From: Minisyncoccia bacterium | GTDB lineage: Bacteria; Patescibacteriota; Minisyncoccia; UBA6257; GWB1-50-10 | NCBI GenBank assembly: GCA_049997815.1 | Contig: JBEKVQ010000004.1 | Span: 1-42,240 of the forward strand | Direction: 5' to 3' | DNA length: 42,240 bases | Shown: positions 7,916-17,897 of the stretch, one piece after another | Layout of the letters: each line of letters starts with the position of its first letter | Position numbering within the stretch: position 1 is the first letter of the stretch | Notes under the pieces: generated by a model | Told to the model about the DNA's origin: nothing | Databases searched by the model: none | The model's input: only the letters and a program-made list of their open reading frames with translations | Position numbers and translations under genes: made by a program

Positions 7916-7999
7916 TAGCTCATATGACGGGCTATTGAAGGGTAAATCCATCCTAGGAATGGACAAGTTTAAGTAGTAAAATTAAGGAAAATCGGGTCC

Positions 8000-9001
8000 A
8001 TGGAAAAAGAAAACAAGAAAACCAAAAACGACGACATAAATCTCGAGCTTCTCCTGCGCCCATCCCGCTGGGACGAATATATCGGCCAGGAAAAAGTTAA
8101 AACCAATCTGCGCCTCATCATCGACGCGGCCCGGGGCCGGAACGAAGTCACCGACCACCTGCTGTTCTACGGGCAGGCGGGCTTGGGAAAGACCACCCTT
8201 GCGTATCTCGTGGGCAAGGAGATGAACGCGAATGTCCGCTCCACGTCCGGACCCGCACTCGAGAAAGCCGGCGACATCGCCGCCATCCTCTCGAATCTCG
8301 AACCGAACGAGATCCTTTTCATAGATGAGATTCATCGCATTAACAAGCTGGTGGAAGAAATTTTGTATCCCGCGCTCGAGAGCCGGAAACTCCATCTTAT
8401 CGTCGGCAAGGGCCCCTCGGCCAAGACATTCAGTTTGGACCTGCCGCCTTTTACGGTCATCGGCGCGACGACGAGGATCAATCCCCTTTCCGCTCCGCTC
8501 CGATCGCGCTTCGGGGCCATATTCCGGCTGGACTATTATCGGCCGGAGGACATCGAGAAAATAATCAAGCGATCGGCCCAAATTTTGGGCGTCAAGATAA
8601 CGGCTGAGGCGATAGAGAGGCTCGCCAAGGCATCGCGCTTCACTCCCCGCACCGCGAACCGCCTCCTGAAACGCACCCGCGACTATGCGCAAGTAAACGA
8701 GCAGGGGGCAATAAACGAGGAAACGGTCCGAAAAACGCTCGAGATGCTCGACGTGGACGAATTGGGTCTTGAGGAAACCGACCGGGAGCTTTTAAGGATA
8801 ATCGTGAAGAAGTTCAACGGCGGACCGGTGGGCCTGAAGACCCTTTCGGCCGCTTTAAATGAGGAGGTGGAAACCATCGAGGGCGTTTACGAGCCATTCC
8901 TCATGAAACTCGGGCTCCTTCACCGCTCCCCCCTCGGCCGGATCGCGACTCCGCTCGCCTACGAACACCTGAAGATCCCTCGCGACAAGAAACTGATTTA
9001 A
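8000..9001 (+). CDS. ruvB: Holliday junction helicase RuvB
   Basis: LRPSRWDEYIGQ, GQAGLGKTTLA, FIDEIHR, PLRSRFG, FTPRTANRLL, EGVYEPFL. Confidence 0.97.
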   Translation: MEKENKKTKNDDINLELLLRPSRWDEYIGQEKVKTNLRLIIDAARGRNEVTDHLLFYGQAGLGKTTLAYLVGKEMNANVRSTSGPALEKAGDIAAILSNLEPNEILFIDEIHRINKLVEEILYPALESRKLHLIVGKGPSAKTFSLDLPPFTVIGATTRINPLSAPLRSRFGAIFRLDYYRPEDIEKIIKRSAQILGVKITAEAIERLAKASRFTPRTANRLLKRTRDYAQVNEQGAINEETVRKTLEMLDVDELGLEETDRELLRIIVKKFNGGPVGLKTLSAALNEEVETIEGVYEPFLMKLGLLHRSPLGRIATPLAYEHLKIPRDKKLI

Positions 9002-9006
9002 AGACA

Positions 9007-9453
9007 ATGAGATTCGTGAGTGATTCTCCCGCCAAGACCAAACAACTGGGAATGCTTTTGGCGAAGGAGATCTTAAAAGACAGGGGTGGTGATTCCGCGA
9101 TCATCGCCCTTCGGGGAAATCTCGGCGCCGGAAAGACCACGTTCATTCAGGGCTTCGCTCGGGGGTTGGGATTGAAGAACAAGATAACGAGCCCAACATT
9201 CATAATCTTCCGGCACTACCGGCTCAGAAACAGGCATCGGAAACATCTTTTCCACGTCGATGCCTACAGAATAAAAAAGATTTCCGAACTCGGTCCGCTG
9301 AACCTCAAGGAGATATTTTCCATCCCAAAAAGCATCATCCTCATCGAGTGGCCGGAAAAGATAAAAGGGGCGCTCCCCCAAAAAACCGGCTGGCTGGAGT
9401 TCCGCCACAGCCGGAAAGAGAACGAGAGGATTATCAGTATTAACGTAAAATGA
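9007..9453 (+). CDS. tsaE: tRNA t6A biosynthesis ATPase TsaE
   Basis: GNLGAGKTTF, SPTF, HVDAYR, IEWPE. Confidence 0.95.
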   Translation: MRFVSDSPAKTKQLGMLLAKEILKDRGGDSAIIALRGNLGAGKTTFIQGFARGLGLKNKITSPTFIIFRHYRLRNRHRKHLFHVDAYRIKKISELGPLNLKEIFSIPKSIILIEWPEKIKGALPQKTGWLEFRHSRKENERIISINVK

Positions 9454-9454
9454 A

Positions 9455-9577
9455 TCCCGTTAGAGACAACTAAGCTATTAAAATTATGAACAATATGAAC
9501 TACCAATGGGTCGGAATAATCAAACCAAGCGATGTATTACGGATGCACTTTTTAAGCGCATCCTGTCTCTAACGGGA
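9455..9577. mobile_element. MITE-like 123-bp non-autonomous element
   Basis: Perfect 14-bp terminal inverted repeats TCCCGTTAGAGACA (9455-9468) and TGTCTCTAACGGGA (9564-9577); TGAA direct repeats at 9451-9454 and 9578-9581; AT-rich non-coding interior. Confidence 0.8.
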
Positions 9578-12051
9578 TGAAAAAACTTCTGCTCATTGAC
9601 GCCAATTCATTGATCCATAGATCGTTCCATGCCCTGCCGCCACTTACGGCCCCGGGTGGCATACCGACCGGCGCCCTTTATGGTCTGGCGGGAGCGCTCA
9701 TTAAAGTTTTGGACAGCGAAAAGCCGGATTACGTGGCGGCGGCATTTGACCGTCCCGAACCGACCTTCCGAAAAAAGATGTTTAAGGATTATAAGGCCCA
9801 TCGGCCCAAGGCGCCCGACGAACTCGTGAGCCAGATAATCGAGGCCCACAACCTTTTCGGACAGTTCGGCATCAACTTCTTCGAGGCGCCGGGCTACGAA
9901 GCAGACGACGTAATTGGAACTTTCGTCGAAAAATTCGGCGGCGGAAAAGACCTTAAAACGACGATATTGACCGGGGATTTGGATACGCTCCAGCTCGTGA
10001 AGGACAGGAGTATAGTCGTCGACATCCTGAAGAAGGGCGTGAGCGAAACGGCTCTTTACGATGAGGATGCGGTGATTGATAGGTACGGCCTGAAACCGGT
10101 TCAAATGACCGATTATAAAGGGCTCGTCGGCGACACCTCGGACAACATTCCCGGCGTAAGAGGCGTGGGACCGAAGACCGCCGGGGAGTGGCTCAAGAAA
10201 TACGGAACGCTAGAGAATCTTTTCAAAAAAATGCCCGCCTCCGACCCTTCCGCAAAGAAGATACTGCCATTCAAGAAAGAAGCCCTCTTCTCCAAAGAGC
10301 TCGCCACCATCAACCGCAAGGTGCCGGTCGGGGTGGCGATTAACGACCTTAAGTTCGAGGGGGTGAACAAGAACGCCCTTATTCCCTATTTCAAAAGTCT
10401 GGGCTTTGAAAGCCTGATAAGAAGAATGGACGGTGAAAAGAGAATGGCGGAGAAGCCGCTTACTCAAGGGCTCTTCACATTCGAACACGAGGGCGGGGAA
10501 AGTGAAACGAAAGCGATATTCATAAAAGATGAGAGCGACGCCGAGACCAAAGAGCAGGTGGGAGAAATTGAGGTAGCCTGGGAATGGAAACCGATGATAA
10601 AAAAGATGATTTTAGAGGAAAAAGAAATTCCGCTCCGCCTTTTCGATCTGGGAGTGGCCGGGTGGATCCTAAATTCCGGAGAGAGTGATTTTTCTCCCCA
10701 AGCGCTTAGAGAAAGATTCCTGAAACATGCCGGCGACGCCGACGGGAAGAGTTTAATGAGGCGCGTCTTTTCTGCACTAGAGGCCAGAATAAGATCTTCC
10801 GGGTCGGAAAACGTCTTCTACAGGATAGAGATGCCGCTCATTCCGGTTCTGGCTCAGATGGAACTCTGGGGAATAAAAACGGATAAAGCAAGATTGGAGA
10901 AATTGGGAGCAGAAATGGAAAAAGAACTCTCAAAACTCACCAAAAAGATCTACGCGGCTTCGGGCAGCCATTTCAACATAAACTCGTCCCAGCAGCTTGC
11001 CGAAGTTTTATTCGAAAAACTTAAGATAAAAACGGATAAGAATAAGAGAACGGGAACGGGCCGGCGCTCCACTTCGGAGGACGTCCTCATTCCAATCGAG
11101 GATTCCCATCCAATTGTAGGCGACATCCTCATCTATCGGGAAACATTCAAGATAAGGACGACTTACATCGAGCCGCTCCTATCGGCCCGAGGCAAGGACG
11201 GAAGAGTAAGAACGAACTTCATCCAGACCGGAACGACGACCGGGCGCTTGGCTTCCGAAAAACCAAATCTCCAGAACATCCCCCAGGAATCCAGGTGGTC
11301 CGAACCGCTCCGGCGGGCATTCGTGGCCGAGCCGGGATTCTCTTTTGCCTCGCTGGACTATGCCCAGGTGGAACTGCGGCTTCTGGCCCACATAACACTT
11401 GAGGATGAGCTTATAAAAGCCTTCGACGACAACCGGGATATTCATGCCCTCACCGCCTCGCGTATTCTCAGGGTTCCCCTCGATAAAGTAACCAAGCAGG
11501 AGCGCAGACTCGGAAAAACACTCAACTTCGGGGTCGTCTACGGAATGGGGCCGCGCGCCTTCAGTCAATCGGCCGGCGTGAGCTTTGCCGAAGCCAAAAA
11601 GTTCATCGCCGACTATTACCGGGAATTCCCGAAGGTAAAGAAGTGGCAGGACAAGGTAAAAGAGGAGGCCCGGAAGAGGGGCTTCGTAGAGAACCTGAAC
11701 GGGCGGCGGCGCTGGTTCTTTTCCGACACGGAACATCCCAAAGAATTGGGCGAAATAGAACGGGCGGCGGTTAATATGCCGCTTCAGAGCCTGGCGGCCG
11801 ACATCCTAAAGATGGCAATGATAAAATCGTTCGCGCTGCTTCGGGAGAGAGATTGGCTCGAAAATAAGGCCCGGCTGGTTCTTTCGGTCCACGACGAATT
11901 GCTCTTCGAAATTCGCGATGATATTCTAATGGAAGCTGTACCAATGATAAAAGGACTAATGGAGGGAATTTACTCCCTGGCATCGCCGCTTGTGGTCGAA
12001 GCCAAAACCGGCAAGAGCCTGGGGGAACTCAAGAAATACGAAAATGTTTAA
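9577..12051 (+). CDS. polA: DNA polymerase I (5' nuclease plus polymerase; proofreading domain shrunken)
   Basis: [74 protein letters not shown]. Confidence 0.96.
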   Translation: MKKLLLIDANSLIHRSFHALPPLTAPGGIPTGALYGLAGALIKVLDSEKPDYVAAAFDRPEPTFRKKMFKDYKAHRPKAPDELVSQIIEAHNLFGQFGINFFEAPGYEADDVIGTFVEKFGGGKDLKTTILTGDLDTLQLVKDRSIVVDILKKGVSETALYDEDAVIDRYGLKPVQMTDYKGLVGDTSDNIPGVRGVGPKTAGEWLKKYGTLENLFKKMPASDPSAKKILPFKKEALFSKELATINRKVPVGVAINDLKFEGVNKNALIPYFKSLGFESLIRRMDGEKRMAEKPLTQGLFTFEHEGGESETKAIFIKDESDAETKEQVGEIEVAWEWKPMIKKMILEEKEIPLRLFDLGVAGWILNSGESDFSPQALRERFLKHAGDADGKSLMRRVFSALEARIRSSGSENVFYRIEMPLIPVLAQMELWGIKTDKARLEKLGAEMEKELSKLTKKIYAASGSHFNINSSQQLAEVLFEKLKIKTDKNKRTGTGRRSTSEDVLIPIEDSHPIVGDILIYRETFKIRTTYIEPLLSARGKDGRVRTNFIQTGTTTGRLASEKPNLQNIPQESRWSEPLRRAFVAEPGFSFASLDYAQVELRLLAHITLEDELIKAFDDNRDIHALTASRILRVPLDKVTKQERRLGKTLNFGVVYGMGPRAFSQSAGVSFAEAKKFIADYYREFPKVKKWQDKVKEEARKRGFVENLNGRRRWFFSDTEHPKELGEIERAAVNMPLQSLAADILKMAMIKSFALLRERDWLENKARLVLSVHDELLFEIRDDILMEAVPMIKGLMEGIYSLASPLVVEAKTGKSLGELKKYENV

Positions 12052-13195
12052 TTTTCTCTCAATATTCAAAAAGAGTGCGGAGCCAGTGGACCAAGCTAAG
12101 AACTTCGAGCTTGAAGCAATCATGGAGAATATCCGCGACGGGGTTCTGGTTTACGATCCCAACTTCAAGATATTGAGCCTGAACCGGTCGGCGGAGAAAA
12201 TACTCGGGCTCGAGGCACGAGAGGTCCTCGGCCGAACGATGGAACCGGGACTCGTTAAGGACCCGCATTTTCGGGCCATTACGGAAATAATTTTCCCGTC
12301 CCTAGCGTCGTCAATGACAACCATATCCGACGCCGACTGGCCGAAGATAATCGACATTACCCTCGATGAACCGAAAATGGAACTGCGGACGGTCCTGAAC
12401 AGAATATCGAACGACAAGGGCGAGGTGGTGGGATTTTTGAAAATCGTCACCGATCTCACCCGCGAAAGGGCGATTATCGAGTCCAAGTCCGAGTTTATAG
12501 CTGTGGCCGCACATCAGTTACGGACCCCGCTTACCGCCCTAAATTGGTCTTTCGAGAGTCTGAACAAAATCTTGGCCGAGAAAAATCCTGACACAAGGGG
12601 AGCAGCCGACATAGTAAAGCAGGGCTGGCAACTGACCGAGCGATCGCTTCGAATCGTGAACGATCTCCTGAATGCGGCAAGAATAGAAGGGGGCCGCTCT
12701 GGTTTTAATTTCGAGCAAGTTGAGTTTTCCGACTTCCTGAGAACGATCGTAAAACAGGCAGAACCGATAGCGAAGGAATTGGGCATAAAAACGGAACTTA
12801 ACCCGGGAACGCCGGGACTTGTAGTCAAAATCGACAAAGAACTCATGGGTATGGCGCTCGCGAACCTTATAGATAACGGCATAAAATATAACATCAAAAA
12901 CGGCGAAGTTAAGATTACCGCGGGACCAGACGCGAATCCGGGATTCATAAGGGTGGATGTGAGCGACACGGGTGTGGGCATCCCCCAAGATGGGCTCTCG
13001 AAGATATTCCAAAAATTCTACCGGGGCTCGAACGTAGTTCAGATGGAACCGAACGGCAGTGGCCTGGGCCTTTATATCGCAAAGAACATCATCGAGGGCC
13101 ACGGCGGAAAGATAGCCGTTGAGTCCCAACTGGGCCGGGGTACGCACTTTTCGATAATACTGCCGATCTCGTCCGTTCCCGAAAAAAGAAACTAA
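12044..13195 (+). CDS. Cytoplasmic PAS-domain sensor histidine kinase (PhoR/WalK-like; start MFNFLS at 12044)
   Basis: PAS (DGVLVYD...[10 protein letters not shown]), H-box [11 protein letters not shown]-box [21 protein letters not shown]; no transmembrane segment. Confidence 0.9.
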   Translation: MFNFLSIFKKSAEPVDQAKNFELEAIMENIRDGVLVYDPNFKILSLNRSAEKILGLEAREVLGRTMEPGLVKDPHFRAITEIIFPSLASSMTTISDADWPKIIDITLDEPKMELRTVLNRISNDKGEVVGFLKIVTDLTRERAIIESKSEFIAVAAHQLRTPLTALNWSFESLNKILAEKNPDTRGAADIVKQGWQLTERSLRIVNDLLNAARIEGGRSGFNFEQVEFSDFLRTIVKQAEPIAKELGIKTELNPGTPGLVVKIDKELMGMALANLIDNGIKYNIKNGEVKITAGPDANPGFIRVDVSDTGVGIPQDGLSKIFQKFYRGSNVVQMEPNGSGLGLYIAKNIIEGHGGKIAVESQLGRGTHFSIILPISSVPEKRN

Positions 13196-13199
13196 ACCA

Positions 13200-13739
13200 A
13201 TGGCCGGCCACAGCCACTGGAAACAAATAAAAGTAAAGAAGGCCTCGAGCGACAGGGAACGAGGGCGGAATTTTTCAAAACTGCTGAATGCCGTCTCGAT
13301 CGCCGCGCGCGAAGAACCAAATCCGGATTTTAATCCCCGGCTGCGAGCGACCATCCAAAAGGCACGGGAAGCGCAGGTACCGCAGGAAAACATCGGGCAC
13401 GCCATAGAGAGGGCCAAGGAAGATTCTGCGAGCCTGACTGAATTAATCATGGAGGCCTTCGGACCCGGCGGCGCTTCCATTCTAATTGAGGCCATCACCG
13501 ACAGCAGCAACCGAACCGTGAATGAAACCAAACAAATCTTGAGGGGGGTCGGCGCGAAGTGGGCCGAGCCCGGCAGCGTCCGCTGGTCTTTCGAACCGCC
13601 ATCGAAAGATTCTCCGGGGTGGCGGCCGAAGTTCAAAAAGGAGCTGAACGAAATAGACAAAGATAAACTGAGATTAATCGTCGGCGCCCTGGGGGGTCAG
13701 AACGAGATCCAGGAAGTTCATACTAACGTCGACCTATGA
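13200..13739 (+). CDS. yebC: YebC/PmpR family protein, shortened
   Basis: MAGHSHWKQIK, NPRLRATI, EAFGPGGASILIE, TDSSNRT; directly upstream of ruvC. Confidence 0.9.
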   Translation: MAGHSHWKQIKVKKASSDRERGRNFSKLLNAVSIAAREEPNPDFNPRLRATIQKAREAQVPQENIGHAIERAKEDSASLTELIMEAFGPGGASILIEAITDSSNRTVNETKQILRGVGAKWAEPGSVRWSFEPPSKDSPGWRPKFKKELNEIDKDKLRLIVGALGGQNEIQEVHTNVDL

Positions 13740-14209
13740 TAATTCTAGGCATCGATCCCGGTAACGTTCGTGCGGGCTACGGGATAATCAAAAAGGAGAA
13801 GGGGAAGCTGACCCACATCGAGAGTGGCCTTATAAAGATTCCAACTGATGCTGATACTGGCGCTCAGCTCTTATTCCTTGAGAGCGGGCTTGAGTCGATA
13901 ATAAATAGGGTGCGGCCGGATATCGTGGGTGTTGAGAAGATATTTCTAACCAAGAACAAGAAGACCGGCGTCTTCGTGGCCCAGGCGCGGGGGCTCATAA
14001 TGAAGATTATCGCTTCTCACAAGCTCAATTTAGTGGAATTTTCCCCGCCCTCGATAAAGCTCGCGATTGCCGGTGACGGCCGAGCCGATAAGAGGGGCGT
14101 CGCAAAAATGGTCGGCCTATTCCTGGGTATTGATACCAGCGGGCTAATAGATGACGTAACCGATGCCCTGGCAACCGCTATCGCCGCCTCGAGTCAGACC
14201 CAGCGCTAA
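13736..14209 (+). CDS. ruvC: Holliday junction resolvase RuvC
   Basis: ILGIDPG, VGVEKIF, VAQARG, GRADK, DVTDALATA. Confidence 0.95.
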   Translation: MIILGIDPGNVRAGYGIIKKEKGKLTHIESGLIKIPTDADTGAQLLFLESGLESIINRVRPDIVGVEKIFLTKNKKTGVFVAQARGLIMKIIASHKLNLVEFSPPSIKLAIAGDGRADKRGVAKMVGLFLGIDTSGLIDDVTDALATAIAASSQTQR

Positions 14210-14227
14210 CGGCGTTTAATCTGGGGA

Positions 14228-14255
14228 TTGACATATCAAAATCGTCATTTATACT
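14228..14255 (+). promoter_or_regulatory. Promoter TTGACA-16-TATACT
   Basis: Near-consensus hexamers upstream of the 65-aa acidic ORF. Confidence 0.8.
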
Positions 14256-14299
14256 AACCCAAACTAAACGGAGAAAGGTCGCTTTATTCGAAAAAGATA

Positions 14300-14497
14300 A
14301 TGATTATTACAGAGCTAAAGCCGCTCACGCCGAGTCTTTCGACTTACGACGAAGACGAGGAGGAATCACTTGATGGAGACGAGGTGGCCCCGTTACCCGG
14401 AAAAGACGACGGCTCCGAAGATGGTGCCAATGGAGACGACGGCGGCTTCGGGCTGGAGGGCGACATGATAGAAACACCCGGCGAAGAGGAATTTTAA
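14300..14497 (+). CDS. Small, highly acidic hypothetical protein (65 aa)
   Basis: 22 D/E versus 2 K; bracketed by its own promoter and terminator. Confidence 0.7.
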   Translation: MIITELKPLTPSLSTYDEDEEESLDGDEVAPLPGKDDGSEDGANGDDGGFGLEGDMIETPGEEEF

Positions 14498-14509
14498 CTC
14501 TTGAGGAAT

Positions 14510-14541
14510 CCCCGCTTGAAATTCCTTTCGGGCGGGGTTTT
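14510..14541 (+). terminator. Rho-independent terminator
   Basis: CCCCGCTTGAAA-TTCC-TTTCGGGCGGGG-TTTT (12-bp stem with 2 GU pairs). Confidence 0.8.
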
Positions 14542-14585
14542 GATTTGCCCGAACCCGGGTCAGGTTATAGAATTTAAACATCGTC

Positions 14586-16778
14586 ATGAAAAGGTATGGG
14601 GGGAGAAGCGATATTTTGAAGAGAAGGAAACGGAAACGTTTCCTTGTATCTTCTTTTCTGGTCGTCTCTCTGGTCGCCGTAAGCCTTCTAATCCTCGGGG
14701 TGATATACGTGGCGGTATTGGTCCGCGAACTGCCCTCTCCAGAACAGTTTGAGACCCATCAGGTCAGCCAATCAACGAAGATCTATGACCGCACCGGCCA
14801 GACCCTGCTCTACGAGATACACGGGGAGGAAAAAAGAACCATCGTTCCGTTCGGCGACATCCCCGATAAGCTGAAACAAGCGACTATCGCCGCCGAGGAT
14901 GCCAATTTTTACACCCGGCCGGCCTTCGACTGGCGCGGCATTCTGAGAGCCCTCTGGGTGGACATAAGAGGACTTAGTCTCTCACAGGGTGGCTCCACAA
15001 TCACCCAGCAGCTCGCCCGAAACGTCTTCTTGTCGCCGGAAAAAACCATTACCCGAAAAATAAAAGAATTAATCTTGGCAATCGAATTGGAATCTAAATA
15101 TTCGAAAGATGAGATACTCGGCCTTTATTTGAACCAAATACCCTACGGTTCGAACGCTTACGGGGTCGAGGCCGCAAGCCAGACATTTTTCAATAAGTCA
15201 TCAAAGGATCTCGACCTGGCCGAATCGGCGCTCTTAGCCGGACTGCCTAAGGCACCGAGTTATTATTCTCCCTGGGGCAGCAATGTCCCGGACCTCTTGG
15301 CAAGAAAGGATTATATTTTGGACAGGATGCTTGAATTGGGCGATATCTCCCAAGCCGAGCACGACAAAGCTAAAAAAGAAAAGATCGTTTTCGCGCCGCC
15401 CTCCTTGGGTTCCATTAAGGCACCGCACTTCTCTCTCATGGTCAAGGATTATCTTATCAATAAGTACGGGGAAGATGCTGTGATGAACGGCGGACTCCGG
15501 GTCATTACGACGCTGGATTGGGAAATGCAGCAAGCAGCAGAGAAGGACGTTGACGATGGCGCCACGAGGAACGCGACTCTTTATGGGGGAAAGAACGCCA
15601 GCCTGGTTGCCCAAGACCCAAAAACTGGCCAAATCCTGGCCCTGGTGGGTTCTAAGGACTATTTCGACACAGATAACGAGGGTAACTTCAATGTGGCCGT
15701 CCAGGGCCTGCGCCAGCCGGGCTCGGCCCTAAAACCATTCGCATATCTCACTGCCTTCCAGGGGGGGTATACGCCTCAGACGATCCTCTTCGATGTCCCG
15801 ACCGAATTCGTTCCGAACAATCCGGCCTGCCCGATTGTTCCCACATTCAACGAACTTCAAGACACCAGCTCGTCGACCGACTGTTTTCACCCGCAGGATT
15901 TCGAATCATTCCAAGGGCCGATCCCCATGGAGCAGGCGCTGGCCCAATCGGTAAACGTTCCGGCCGTAAAGACCCTCTATTTGGTGGGTATCAAAAATTT
16001 TTTGGACACCGCCCATAATTTCGGAATCACGACACTGAACGAGCCTTGGCGCTATGGTCTTTCTCTCGTATTGGGCGGCGGAGAGGTAAAACTGATAGAT
16101 CTCACAAACGCCTACGGAACGCTTTCCCAAGACGGGGTGCGCCACAACCAGACCTCGATTCTTGAGGTTGATGACAGTCGCGGGGGCGTGCTTGAAACAT
16201 ATCACGACAACGCCACGAAGGTGGTCGACCCGCAGTATCCCAGAATGATAAATAAAATACTCTCCGATAAAGACCTGCGATCCGGCCTCTTCCTGAACAG
16301 TTTGGGGCTCACCGTGTTCCCGGGTCATGATGTGGCCCTCAAAACCGGGACCACAAACGACTACCGCGATGCTTGGTCGGTTGGATACACGCCATCACTG
16401 GTCGTGGGGGTTTGGGCCGGCAACAATGACAACACGCCAATGCAACGAAAGGGGACGAGTATCCTTGCCGCGGTACCGATATGGAGCGCCTTCATGAATC
16501 AGGTGATACAGAAGTATCCGTCGGAATCATTCAACGAACCGGACCCGGTCCCACTCCCGAATAAACCAATGTTGAACGGCCAGTACGCGATTCCGTCCAG
16601 TATTAGCGGGGTAACCCTGCCCCAAATTCACTCAATACTCTACTACGTGGATAAGAGTGACCCCCTGGGGCCGATCCCCCAAAACCCGTCGGACGACCCC
16701 CAATTCATAAACTGGGAAACGGCGGTGATGGATTGGCTGAGACAAAATCCGACCTACTTCCTAACGAGGGGAAATTAA
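14586..16778 (+). CDS. Class A penicillin-binding protein (PBP1A family, transglycosylase-transpeptidase)
   Basis: N-terminal TM; EDANFY, GGSTITQQL; QPGSALK (SxxK), SVN, KTGT; promoter TTGCCC-17-TAGAAT at 14545-14573. Confidence 0.95.
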   Translation: MKRYGGRSDILKRRKRKRFLVSSFLVVSLVAVSLLILGVIYVAVLVRELPSPEQFETHQVSQSTKIYDRTGQTLLYEIHGEEKRTIVPFGDIPDKLKQATIAAEDANFYTRPAFDWRGILRALWVDIRGLSLSQGGSTITQQLARNVFLSPEKTITRKIKELILAIELESKYSKDEILGLYLNQIPYGSNAYGVEAASQTFFNKSSKDLDLAESALLAGLPKAPSYYSPWGSNVPDLLARKDYILDRMLELGDISQAEHDKAKKEKIVFAPPSLGSIKAPHFSLMVKDYLINKYGEDAVMNGGLRVITTLDWEMQQAAEKDVDDGATRNATLYGGKNASLVAQDPKTGQILALVGSKDYFDTDNEGNFNVAVQGLRQPGSALKPFAYLTAFQGGYTPQTILFDVPTEFVPNNPACPIVPTFNELQDTSSSTDCFHPQDFESFQGPIPMEQALAQSVNVPAVKTLYLVGIKNFLDTAHNFGITTLNEPWRYGLSLVLGGGEVKLIDLTNAYGTLSQDGVRHNQTSILEVDDSRGGVLETYHDNATKVVDPQYPRMINKILSDKDLRSGLFLNSLGLTVFPGHDVALKTGTTNDYRDAWSVGYTPSLVVGVWAGNNDNTPMQRKGTSILAAVPIWSAFMNQVIQKYPSESFNEPDPVPLPNKPMLNGQYAIPSSISGVTLPQIHSILYYVDKSDPLGPIPQNPSDDPQFINWETAVMDWLRQNPTYFLTRGN

Positions 16779-16790
16779 TAGCAGCATCGC

Positions 16791-17897
16791 CTAACCCTTG
16801 ATGGGCATGGCGACGTAGATTTGCTGCGGTTCGGCGTTGCTTTTAATAATCACGGGGCGATCCGGGACATTCACCCCCAGAACGATCTCCTTGCCATCGT
16901 AAATCTTCAGACCGTCCAACAGGTAACGCCAGTTAAAAACGAGTGAGAATTTTTCGCCCTTCAGCTTAGTCGGTATTTTGTAGCGGTTCTCACCCAAAGC
17001 GCTGTCGGCGGAATATATCTCCAAGAATTTTTTGTTTTCACCAATGCTCAGGGTAACGTCATTAGCCCGGCCAGCGAAGGCGCTGGTCAATTTTAGGGCG
17101 TTAATCAGTTCGCTCCTATCAATGGTTGCTTCGTTCTGGAGCTGCCTGGGTATCACCGCCTTATAATCCGGGAATGTTCCGTCTATCAGGCGAGAGATTA
17201 TTTTCTTGTCGGGGATAGCGAAAAGTATCTGATTGGAATCAATCAAAATTTCCAACTCATCGTTTCCATTCGTCATTTTGGAAATCTCGGCGGCTGTTCC
17301 CAGAGGAATTATAACGGATGCATCGTCCAAATCCGAGTGGACCTGCTTCGAATCTATCTTTCTCTCCGATAAACGAAAACCGTCGGTGGCGGCCAGGGTC
17401 AGAATATTATCAGAGTAATTCAGATAAACGCCGCTTATCTCGGGGCGAATATCTGAGTATTGAGCGGCCACAATAACTTTGCCAAGGGCGTTTTTAAATT
17501 CCCCAGCCCTGATCTTTATGCTTCCCGCTTTCCCACCGATCGATGGGATTATTGGGAATTCCTTCGGATCCTGAATTTGGATGGTCGCTTCATAATTTTC
17601 CGTACTGACAATGAGTTTTTTATTCTTTTCCTCAAGGGTTATCCTCTCGGTATTAAGATTCCTAACAATGGAGCTAAAAACAGAGAATGGGGCGGTCGTT
17701 TCTCCGTTCTTGACCACTTTCCCGGGAATGGAACATTCGACTGCTAACTCAAGATTGGTCGATATGAAATCAATCTTGCTGCCGTGGGTTTTAATGAGAA
17801 CATTCTTTAAAATCGGGAGATTGGTGTTCTCGCTTACGGCCCGTTCAACGAGTGCGAGGGCCTCTAGTAGGTTAGTTCTTAATATAATTAACTCCAT
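16791..17897 (-). CDS. dnaN: DNA polymerase III beta sliding clamp
   Basis: LPILKNVLI, STNLELAV, LAATDGFRL, RLIDGTFPDY, AMPIK; follows dnaA. Confidence 0.97.
   Translation of the reverse strand: MELIILRTNLLEALALVERAVSENTNLPILKNVLIKTHGSKIDFISTNLELAVECSIPGKVVKNGETTAPFSVFSSIVRNLNTERITLEEKNKKLIVSTENYEATIQIQDPKEFPIIPSIGGKAGSIKIRAGEFKNALGKVIVAAQYSDIRPEISGVYLNYSDNILTLAATDGFRLSERKIDSKQVHSDLDDASVIIPLGTAAEISKMTNGNDELEILIDSNQILFAIPDKKIISRLIDGTFPDYKAVIPRQLQNEATIDRSELINALKLTSAFAGRANDVTLSIGENKKFLEIYSADSALGENRYKIPTKLKGEKFSLVFNWRYLLDGLKIYDGKEIVLGVNVPDRPVIIKSNAEPQQIYVAMPIKG

Noticed and set aside
16764-16778. CTAACGAGGGG at the pbp1A 3' end, similar to the 2802 hairpin and the MITE end
   Set aside because: It is in coding sequence with no partner inverted repeat, so likely chance.
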